DNA of 64,000 bases from assembly GCA_905233585.1 (NCBI GenBank), contig CAJOFD010000007.1:6684-70683 (forward strand). The letters run 5' to 3'. Numbering within the stretch: the first letter of the stretch is position 1; every line of letters begins with the position of its first letter. A program made the translations under genes and the position numbers. The notes beneath the pieces were generated by a model that worked only from the letters and a program-made list of their open reading frames with translations, was not told the DNA's origin and searched no databases. This document shows positions 56,940 to 64,000 of this stretch, piece by piece. Source of the DNA: an uncultured Bacteroidales bacterium. Lineage in GTDB: Bacteria; Bacteroidota; Bacteroidia; Bacteroidales; WCHB1-69.

Positions 56940-58820
56940 TTATAAACTACCTTTTAGTATATCAAAACTGCGTTTTACAAACTTATCCAAGGCTTCGCCT
57001 GCCAACATTTGGTGAGAAAGTTTCGCCAAATCGAACAATTGTGCTGCTTTTTCTTTACGATTTTCATCATTTGTTTCCGCCAAAAGGTTTGCAATCAAAT
57101 CATGATTGGTATTAATCACCAAATTGTAATGCTGCATATCGTTGTTCATAAACGAATTGGTGGCAGACATTTTCTGCATATCCGCCCAACGTCTCATAAA
57201 CTCGGGCTGTGTAATAAGCACAGGAGTCTCATCGTTGGACAAGTTTTCCAATTGTACGGTAAATTTTGTTTTGTCGGCAATGTCTTCAAACAAGTTTTTC
57301 AATGTCTCTTCTTCGCTTTTGGATAGTTTTGAAGGCAAAACCTCTTCTTTTACAATTAATTTGTCCATTACATCGGCATCAACACGCGTAAAAGAACATT
57401 TTTCCAATTTTTGTTCCAAATAATTAACAAAGTGCATATCCAATACACTATCCATGCAAAGCACATCGTAACCTCTTGATTTTGCAGTTTGTATCGGAGC
57501 ATATTGTTCTTCCGGATTGGTTGCATACAAAGCCACCACATTGCCTTCTTTGTTGGTTTGCAATGTTTCTATCTGCTTGCGGTATTCGTCTATGGTAAAA
57601 TATTTTCCGTCTATATTTTTGAGCAATAAGAATTTTTGTGCTCTTTCGGAAAATTTTTCATCTGTCAAAACACCATATTGCATAAACACTTTGATGTCGT
57701 CCCATTTCTTTTCAAAATCTTCACGGTCGTTTTTGAACATATCTTCCAACTTGTCCGCCACTTTTTTGGTGATATGCGAAGCAATTTTTTTCACATTAGC
57801 ATCGCTTTGCAGATAACTTCTGCTTACATTCAAAGGAATATCAGGAGAATCTATCACCCCATGCAATAACATCAGAAATTCCGGCACAATACCTTCCAAT
57901 TGGTCAGTAATATACACTTGATTGCAATACAATTGTATTTTGTTCTTCTGAATGTCAACCTGTTGTTTTACTTTCGGGAAAGCCAACACCCCTGTAAGAT
58001 TGAACGGGTAGTCTATATTAATATGTATATAGAATAAAGGCTGTTCAAAGGAATAGGGATAAAGTTCGCGATAAAATTCATTGTAGTCTTCATCTTTGAG
58101 TTCAGAAGGATTTCTTTTCCACAAAGGATTAACATTGTTGATAATTCGCGGTTGTTCAACCTCCACTTCTTTTTCAGCACCCTCCGGTTTTTCCCATTTT
58201 TTTTCATTTCCGAAACGGATAGGCACAGGCAGAAATTTGCAGTATTTTTTCAACATGTTCAAAATACGCTGTTCTTCCAAAAATTCAACGGCATCGTCTG
58301 CCAAATGAAGAATAATGTCTGTCCCGCGTTCCGGTTTTTCAGTTTCTTCAATGGTAAATTCCGTAGAACCGTCGCAAGTCCATTTTGCTGCTTTGACTCC
58401 TTTTTGATACGACAAAGTAAGTATTTCCACTTTGTCGGCCACCATAAATGAAGAATAGAAGCCCAAACCGAAATGTCCGATCAATGAGGCGGCATCAACA
58501 CCTTTGTATTTTTCCAAAAACTCGCTTGCTCCCGAAAACGCCACATTGTTGATATATTTTTCCACCTCATCGGCAGTCATGCCAATGCCATGGTCTGAAA
58601 TGGTAAGTGTTTTAGCCTCTTTGTCTATTTTTATTTCTATAGTCAAATCACCCAATTCACAATCCGCCTTACCTATGCTGACCAATGTCTGCAATTTTTT
58701 GGTTGCATCAACGGCATTTGACACCAATTCACGCAAAAATATTTCATTGTCAGAATACAAAAACTTTTTAATTATCGGAAACATATTTTCCGTCTGCATG
58801 CTTATATGACCACTTTTCAT
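56940..58820 (-). CDS. htpG: Molecular chaperone HtpG (Hsp90)
   Basis: Family motifs are TENMFPIIKKFLYSDNEIFLRELVSNAVDA and GHFGLGFYSSFMVADKVEI. Confidence 0.96.
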   Translation of the reverse strand: MKSGHISMQTENMFPIIKKFLYSDNEIFLRELVSNAVDATKKLQTLVSIGKADCELGDLTIEIKIDKEAKTLTISDHGIGMTADEVEKYINNVAFSGASEFLEKYKGVDAASLIGHFGLGFYSSFMVADKVEILTLSYQKGVKAAKWTCDGSTEFTIEETEKPERGTDIILHLADDAVEFLEEQRILNMLKKYCKFLPVPIRFGNEKKWEKPEGAEKEVEVEQPRIINNVNPLWKRNPSELKDEDYNEFYRELYPYSFEQPLFYIHINIDYPFNLTGVLAFPKVKQQVDIQKNKIQLYCNQVYITDQLEGIVPEFLMLLHGVIDSPDIPLNVSRSYLQSDANVKKIASHITKKVADKLEDMFKNDREDFEKKWDDIKVFMQYGVLTDEKFSERAQKFLLLKNIDGKYFTIDEYRKQIETLQTNKEGNVVALYATNPEEQYAPIQTAKSRGYDVLCMDSVLDMHFVNYLEQKLEKCSFTRVDADVMDKLIVKEEVLPSKLSKSEEETLKNLFEDIADKTKFTVQLENLSNDETPVLITQPEFMRRWADMQKMSATNSFMNNDMQHYNLVINTNHDLIANLLAETNDENRKEKAAQLFDLAKLSHQMLAGEALDKFVKRSFDILKGSL

Positions 58821-58950
58821 ATATTTTCCCTTTCATTTAAATTATACCGTACTAATAAAAACAAAAGTTGTGCCGAAACAAAAAAACTGACATTTTGTCA
58901 GCACTCAACAGAAAAAAATCTCACGTCCACCTCAATACATAAAAATATGC

Positions 58951-58958
58951 TATCTTTG
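58951..58958 (+). promoter_or_regulatory. Bacteroidetes -7 promoter box (TATCTTTG) for the riboswitch-btuB transcript
   Basis: It lies immediately upstream of the riboswitch P1-like gcagg. Confidence 0.5.
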
Positions 58959-59122
58959 CAGGCGAATCTGGTTCATCTTAACGATGATTAAAAGGGAATC
59001 AGGTGCAAAGCCTGAACAGTCCCGCTGCTGTAAGCTCTTTGCAAGTCAAATCCAAACAAATGCCACTGTTTGCACAACTGACGGGAAGGCGGATTTGATG
59101 GAGCGAGTCAGAAGACCTGCCA
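58958..59122 (+). promoter_or_regulatory. Cobalamin (B12) riboswitch
   Basis: The core aaaagggaatcaggtgcaaagcctgaacagtcccgctgctgtaag is present, as is gccactg. The B12 box agtcagaagacctgcc lies at 59106-59121. The 5' gcagg can pair with the 3' cctgc. It sits upstream of a TonB-dependent receptor. Confidence 0.9.
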
Positions 59123-59229
59123 AATTTATATAAATCAATGCTTTCGAGGAAAAGGCTTGAAAAATAACATTCTATGCAATTTTTCACTATTTTTTGAAAG
59201 CTGTTTTGTCTAAATGTCAAAATAGTGAT

Positions 59230-61239
59230 ATGTTATTGTCAGAAAAAAAAATTTGTATGGTTTTGCTTTTGTTGTGTCATTTTGGGAGCAGCATGGCCCA
59301 AGATACACTCACACAACAAACCCTGAAAGAAATAAGTGTTGAGGCGAAATCGCAACACTCGGCAACATCTTCACAAACCCCCTTGCAAATTATTGACAAA
59401 CAAAAAATAGAACAAATCAACGCATGGCAACTGTCAGATATTGCCAAACAACTTTTGGGTGTGGTTTTAAAAGACTATGGCGGTATTGGTGGCATAAAAA
59501 CCATTTCGGCACGAGGTTTGGGCAGTCAATTTTCCACCCTGTCAATAGATGGTTTTGCCGTAGGCGATTGCCAAAACGGACAACCTGACGTGGGGCGTTT
59601 TGTGGTGGCAAATGTAGAACAAATAAGTTTTGCCAACGGGCAAATTGACGACATTTTTCAACCGGCACGCCTATTGGCAGCAGGCAATGTGTTAAACATA
59701 CAAACCGCACGCCCTCAATTCAACAACAAAAAAACAAACCTGAAAATCGCTCTTGATGTGGGTTCTTTTGCCCTTTTTAATCCAAGTCTGATTATTGAAC
59801 AAAAGATTTCCCCTAAAATAGATATTTCTTTACAAGCCAACTATATACAATCAGATGGCGATTATCCTTACACCGTTTATTATACCAACAACAAAAAAGA
59901 CAGCAATGCAACTTTCAAACGCCAACATTCTGCTGTAAAACGAACTAATATCGAGGCTAATTTGTTTTATAATATAACACAAAATCAATATTTTACAACA
60001 AAAATTCATTATTACAATGCCATTCAGGAATTGCCGGGACCTGTTATTTTTTATAAAGAAAACCTTGGTTCGGAAAACACTTGGGACCAAGCCGCATTGT
60101 TACAAATCCACTATTTGAACAAAATAACGGAAAAACTTCATTTTCAAATAAACGGCAAACTATATACAACATCTAATATTTATGAAGATACGGCTTATCA
60201 AAACAGTGCGGGTTTTTTGCACCACCATTTCAGACAATCAGAATACTATGTGGCAGGAACATTGTTGGCTCGCCCTATCCATTGGCTGAAAATATCTTAT
60301 GCTACAGATTATTTTTATAACAAACTCAAATCCAATATAGAACAAAGTGCGGAAGTTGCCCGACATTCGTGGCTCAACGCCTTATCGGGCAATCTCTGTT
60401 TTGAACATGTAAACATTTCTGCAACAGCATTATATAACCTGTATAGCGAAGATGTTCTTAACGAATTTTCCAAAGCCTACTATCATTTTACTCCCTATTT
60501 TGGCATTTCTTACAAACCTTTCAAAAACATTGATTTACGATTCCGATATTTTATAAAACAAAATTATCGCCTACCCAATTTTAATGAATGTTATTATACG
60601 GCCTTGTCAAGAAAATTAAAACCCGAAAAAGCATTGCAAAACAACGTAGGCATTATTTTTGACACAAAAATTGAAAACAAACATAGCCATAAGCTATCTT
60701 TTTCATTAGACGCTTATTACAATCGTGTAAACAACAAAATTATTGCTATTCCACGGCAAAGTCTTTATCTTTGGTCAATGCAAAATATCGGCTTGGTTTC
60801 CATTGCGGGAATAGAGGCAAGAGCAAATATGTGTTTCGGCCTTGCCCAATCGGTACAAATGGAAATAAACATGAATTATACTTATCAACAAGCAATAGAT
60901 ATAACTGATAAAAAATCAAAAACATACAATCAACAAATACCTTATACACCCCGACATTCAGCAACGGCAGAACTGTTTTTGTCTTCAAAAATTGTGGACT
61001 TCGGGTACAATATTATTTTTGTGGGCAATCGTTACAGTTTTGCTCAAAATACAGCCAATAATTTAGTAAAATGGTATGTTGATCAAGGCCTTACAATTTC
61101 AAAAGTGCTAGATTTGAAAAAAGGATACTTGAAACTGCTTGGACAAATCTTAAATTTGTTCAATGTTCAATATGAAATAGTGAACAGTTATCCTATGATG
61201 GGAAGAAATTATAAATTAAAAATATTGTATAACTTTTAA
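59230..61239 (+). CDS. btuB: TonB-dependent receptor, probable cobalamin/corrinoid transporter
   Basis: It has a signal peptide from the ATG at 59230, the plug motif ISARGLGSQFSTLSIDG and a C-terminal ..YKLKILYNF. The gene is controlled by a B12 riboswitch. The ORF is open from TTG 59194. Confidence 0.8.
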   Translation: MLLSEKKICMVLLLLCHFGSSMAQDTLTQQTLKEISVEAKSQHSATSSQTPLQIIDKQKIEQINAWQLSDIAKQLLGVVLKDYGGIGGIKTISARGLGSQFSTLSIDGFAVGDCQNGQPDVGRFVVANVEQISFANGQIDDIFQPARLLAAGNVLNIQTARPQFNNKKTNLKIALDVGSFALFNPSLIIEQKISPKIDISLQANYIQSDGDYPYTVYYTNNKKDSNATFKRQHSAVKRTNIEANLFYNITQNQYFTTKIHYYNAIQELPGPVIFYKENLGSENTWDQAALLQIHYLNKITEKLHFQINGKLYTTSNIYEDTAYQNSAGFLHHHFRQSEYYVAGTLLARPIHWLKISYATDYFYNKLKSNIEQSAEVARHSWLNALSGNLCFEHVNISATALYNLYSEDVLNEFSKAYYHFTPYFGISYKPFKNIDLRFRYFIKQNYRLPNFNECYYTALSRKLKPEKALQNNVGIIFDTKIENKHSHKLSFSLDAYYNRVNNKIIAIPRQSLYLWSMQNIGLVSIAGIEARANMCFGLAQSVQMEINMNYTYQQAIDITDKKSKTYNQQIPYTPRHSATAELFLSSKIVDFGYNIIFVGNRYSFAQNTANNLVKWYVDQGLTISKVLDLKKGYLKLLGQILNLFNVQYEIVNSYPMMGRNYKLKILYNF

Positions 61240-61252
61240 AATTTATCGAAAA

Positions 61253-62308
61253 ATGAAAAAATTATTGATTTCATTAAGTATGTTATTGGTTTTTGTTGCG
61301 TGCAAAAAAGAAAACAAAGAAAATCCAGAAGGCAGCAATGCCCTCGAAGAAAATTCACCGTACTCCTACATTTATGTCCTCAACCAAGGAGCTTGGGGAG
61401 AAAACAATGCTTCTTTGGATAGAATTGCTTTACAAACAGGAGAAGTGGAAAACGACATTTTTGCCAAAACAAACTCGCGTAATTTAGGTGATGTTGCCAA
61501 CGATATAATTCTATATGGCAGCAAAATGTATATTGTGGTAAACAATTCAAATACAATAGAAATTATTAATCCTCAAACCGCCCAATCTATCCAACAAATA
61601 TCGTTGGCAAACAAACAACCACGCTACATTTTTCCTTACAACGGTTTTGTCTATGTTAGTTGCTATAGTGATGAAATTGTAGAAATAGACACTACAACAT
61701 ACACAATAACAAAAACTTGCAATGTAGGCAAAGACCCCGAAGAATTTGTAATAACAAACAACAAATTATACGTTACTAACTCCGGTGGTTTGGATTACCC
61801 GAACTACGACTCCACTATTTCTATAGTAGGAATGTCTAATTTTCAAGAAGAAAAGAAATTGACTGTTGGACTCAATCCTACTAAAATTGCAGATATGGGC
61901 AATGGAAAATTGTTGGTTTTATGCAATGGAGATTATGATACAATACCCGCTTTTTTAGCAGTGGTGGACATCAATACCGAAGCAATTACAAGATTAACAT
62001 ATAGTTGTTCCAACTTTATGGTTTTCAACAATTATGTTTATTGCTATGATTTTGATTGGAATACGTATCAAGCCGTTTTTTTCAAGATAAATGTAAATTC
62101 TTTGGAAAAAGAAAGTCTTATCTTGAATGGCGGAGGTTCTATAGTTAGTCCTTATCATATTGCCATCAACCCGTCTAACGGCAATATTTATATATCTGAT
62201 TCCCAAAATTTCAGAAGCAATGGCGATATTAATTGTTTCACCTCCACAGGTACATTTAATTATAAAAAAGAATGTGGCATAGGAACATCAAAAATAGTTT
62301 TTTGGTAG
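61253..62308 (+). CDS. Surface lipoprotein, YncE-like beta-propeller (possible BtuG-like corrinoid-capture protein)
   Basis: It has the lipobox LVFVAC. Repeated blade-like units (IYVLNQG, MYIVVNNSNTIEII, VYVSCYSDEIVEI, LYVTNSGG, IYISDSQNF) follow. It lies 13 nt downstream of the receptor gene. Confidence 0.6.
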   Translation: MKKLLISLSMLLVFVACKKENKENPEGSNALEENSPYSYIYVLNQGAWGENNASLDRIALQTGEVENDIFAKTNSRNLGDVANDIILYGSKMYIVVNNSNTIEIINPQTAQSIQQISLANKQPRYIFPYNGFVYVSCYSDEIVEIDTTTYTITKTCNVGKDPEEFVITNNKLYVTNSGGLDYPNYDSTISIVGMSNFQEEKKLTVGLNPTKIADMGNGKLLVLCNGDYDTIPAFLAVVDINTEAITRLTYSCSNFMVFNNYVYCYDFDWNTYQAVFFKINVNSLEKESLILNGGGSIVSPYHIAINPSNGNIYISDSQNFRSNGDINCFTSTGTFNYKKECGIGTSKIVFW

Positions 62309-62334
62309 AAATTGCCTTTGTATAATCTTGAAAA

Positions 62335-62388
62335 TTAAGCCCGATTCGGAGAAAAAATTAAGGTTTTAGGTTATAAAATCGGGCTTAA
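62335..62388 (+). terminator. Long-loop hairpin after the B12 locus (possible terminator)
   Basis: A 12-bp perfect stem ttaagcccgatt / aatcgggcttaa with a 30-nt loop, followed by a T-rich tract. Confidence 0.3.
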
Positions 62389-62455
62389 ATTATTGTTTTT
62401 TCAGCATTTGATAATTTTTTTGTTGTCAAATGCTTGATATATTGTTTTTTTTTTA

Positions 62456-62463
62456 TACTTTTG
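62456..62463 (+). promoter_or_regulatory. Bacteroidetes -7 promoter box (TACTTTTG) for infC-rpmI-rplT
   Basis: Matches TAnnTTTG and lies about 45 nt upstream of the proposed infC start. Confidence 0.45.
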
Positions 62464-62505
62464 CACGGCAAAAAATTAAGTATTAATTAAAGAATAGGAG
62501 ACAGC

Positions 62506-63063
62506 ATTATAGCAACAAACAATCCTCGCCCCAATGTCGGGCGAAAAAGCGGAGCAGACGATTCTGCTTATAGAATAAACAGAGAAATAGACGCCCCAAT
62601 TGTAAGAATAGTGGGTGAAGATGTAGAAACACGCATAGTTCCAATCAAAGAGGCTATGCTGTTGGCAACAAAAATGGAAGTGGATTTGGTGGAAATATCC
62701 CCCATGGCCAATCCTCCGGTTTGCAAACTGATGAACTATCAAAAGTTTCTTTATGAACAAAAAAAGAAACAAAAAGAAATCAAAGCCAAATCGGTGAAAA
62801 TAGTTGTCAAAGAAATACGTTTAGGACCCAATACCGATGAGCATGATTTTAGATTTAAGGTGAAACACGCCATCGATTTCTTGCAAGACGGCAACAAAGT
62901 AAAAGTAGATGTTTTCTTCAGAGGACGTTCTATCGTATATAAAGACCAAGGAGAAGAAATGTTGAAAAATTTTGCGGAGGCATGTGCCGATTATGGCAAA
63001 TTAGACCAAGAACCAAGATTGGAAGGCAAAAGAATGATAATTATTCTTTCTCCTAAAAAATAG
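62506..63063 (+). CDS. infC: Translation initiation factor IF-3 (non-AUG start)
   Basis: The listed ORF starts at GTG 62611 inside the conserved N-domain. The frame is open back to 62491 and encodes ..[24 protein letters not shown], the conserved IF-3 N-terminus, with no ATG. The candidate starts are ATT 62506, ATA 62509 and ATA 62494. Confidence 0.85.
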   Translation: MIATNNPRPNVGRKSGADDSAYRINREIDAPIVRIVGEDVETRIVPIKEAMLLATKMEVDLVEISPMANPPVCKLMNYQKFLYEQKKKQKEIKAKSVKIVVKEIRLGPNTDEHDFRFKVKHAIDFLQDGNKVKVDVFFRGRSIVYKDQGEEMLKNFAEACADYGKLDQEPRLEGKRMIIILSPKK

Positions 63064-63115
63064 ACAAAAAACCAACCTATTTCAAATCAAAATATTAACA
63101 TTAAAAAGAAAAGAA

Positions 63116-63310
63116 ATGCCAAAAGTAAAAACAAAAGCCGCTGCGAAAAAAAGATTCGCATTTACCGGAACCGGTAAAATTAAAAGACATCACGCTTACA
63201 AAAGTCACATTTTGACCAAAAAATCTACCAAACGCAAACGTAATTTAGGTTACGATGCCGTAATAGACAAAACAAATGTGAATGCAGTAAAAATGATGCT
63301 TCATTGTTAA
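63116..63310 (+). CDS. rpmI: 50S ribosomal protein L35
   Basis: The sequence [36 protein letters not shown] is diagnostic. Confidence 0.95.
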   Translation: MPKVKTKAAAKKRFAFTGTGKIKRHHAYKSHILTKKSTKRKRNLGYDAVIDKTNVNAVKMMLHC

Positions 63311-63404
63311 ACATTTTGTTTAAAGTAGTTAAATAAATTATTAATTTACCATCAGCCAAAAAGTTCGATTTTCGACGCTGACGTAAAAAAGAAAGGAGCA
63401 AATT

Positions 63405-63749
63405 ATGCCAAGATCAGTTAATCATGTAGCTTCAAGAGCTCGTAGAAAAAAAATCCTTAAATTAACCAGAGGATACTTCGGAAAACGTAAAAATGTCTGG
63501 ACCGTTGCCAAAAATACTTGGGAAAAAGGTCAACAATATGCCTACAGAGACAGAAGACAGAAAAAACGTAACTTCCGTAGTTTATGGATCGCACGTATCA
63601 ATGCAGGCGTGCGTCAATATGGAATGTCGTATTCCGTTTTTATGGGAGAATTGCACAAGAAAGGTATTGCCCTTAACCGTAAGGCTTTAGCCGACCTTGC
63701 CGCAAACAATCCGCAGGCATTCAAAACAATTGTAGATTTAGTAAAATAA
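63405..63749 (+). CDS. rplT: 50S ribosomal protein L20
   Basis: The sequence [35 protein letters not shown] is diagnostic. Confidence 0.96.
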   Translation: MPRSVNHVASRARRKKILKLTRGYFGKRKNVWTVAKNTWEKGQQYAYRDRRQKKRNFRSLWIARINAGVRQYGMSYSVFMGELHKKGIALNRKALADLAANNPQAFKTIVDLVK

Positions 63750-63800
63750 ACTAATTTCTTCAAATAAAATTAACGATTTGAATTTAGGTTGATTTTTATA

Positions 63801-63839
63801 AAAGAAAGTGTATCCCTTACAGATACACTTTTCTTTTTG
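63801..63839 (+). terminator. Rho-independent terminator after rplT
   Basis: The stem is gaaagtgtatc / gatacactttc with loop ccttaca, followed by tttttg. Confidence 0.75.
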
Positions 63840-63914
63840 TTTGCTGACAAATTGTCAGTTTTTGCTATTATGGCAAGCATTTTGACTATCGTGTAAAACA
63901 AAGTTATTTTAAAT

Positions 63915-64000
63915 ATGAAAGAACAAAAAGAAAATATAGAAAACAACGAAGAAAATGTTGTAAAATCTGAAGAAAATCCACAAAATCTATCGGAAGAAAC
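63915..64000 (+). CDS. Start of an unidentified ORF (acidic N-terminus; runs off the window)
   Basis: An ATG at 63915 gives MKEQKENIENNEENVVKSEENPQNLSEE..., with only 28 codons visible. Confidence 0.3.
   Translation, partial: MKEQKENIENNEENVVKSEENPQNLSEE

Noticed and set aside
1-64000. Search for CRISPR arrays, tRNA/rRNA genes, IS elements, integrases or prophage structural genes
   Set aside because: I found no spaced direct repeats, no tRNA-like T-arm/acceptor signatures, no rRNA-like segments and no transposase/integrase-like ORFs by eye. A tRNAscan/Infernal/ISfinder run would be needed to be certain.

Overview
AT-rich Bacteroidota (Bacteroidales-like) chromosomal window. The phylum call rests on recurring TAnnTTTG -7 promoter boxes, T9SS C-terminal sorting domains, a PorV-like/C25 peptidase pair and a TonB-dependent receptor behind a cobalamin riboswitch. 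Positions ~15.8-64 kb are ordinary housekeeping and envelope genes: U32 peptidase, ung, UbiA prenyltransferase, rdgB, kdsC, a flippase, lpxB, a TrmH-family methyltransferase, recA, folB, a CPA2 antiporter, queD, purD, engB, an S8 peptidase, NfeD/SPFH, htpG, a B12 riboswitch-btuB locus and infC-rpmI-rplT. Positions 1-15.1 kb are different. Fourteen tightly packed minus-strand genes sit behind one promoter box. They encode six FHA domains, a Hanks Ser/Thr kinase, an atypical kinase-like protein, a PP2C phosphatase, three paralogous Zn-ribbon heads and periplasm-facing vWA-like and propeller-like modules. The cluster also holds a TM-less FHA-FtsK/SpoIIIE ATPase with three P-loop-like modules. At the window edge lies a small helical ORF with EsxA/WXG100-like W/F spacing. 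I read this as a candidate undescribed phospho-threonine-gated FtsK/EssC-like (T7SS-like) export or conflict system in a diderm Bacteroidota genome. The cluster also contains a chimeric ORF whose first 52 codons duplicate the PP2C gene, with almost only synonymous divergence. I found no rRNA, tRNA, CRISPR array, transposase or integrase. All domain calls come from motifs read by eye, and no database search was possible.
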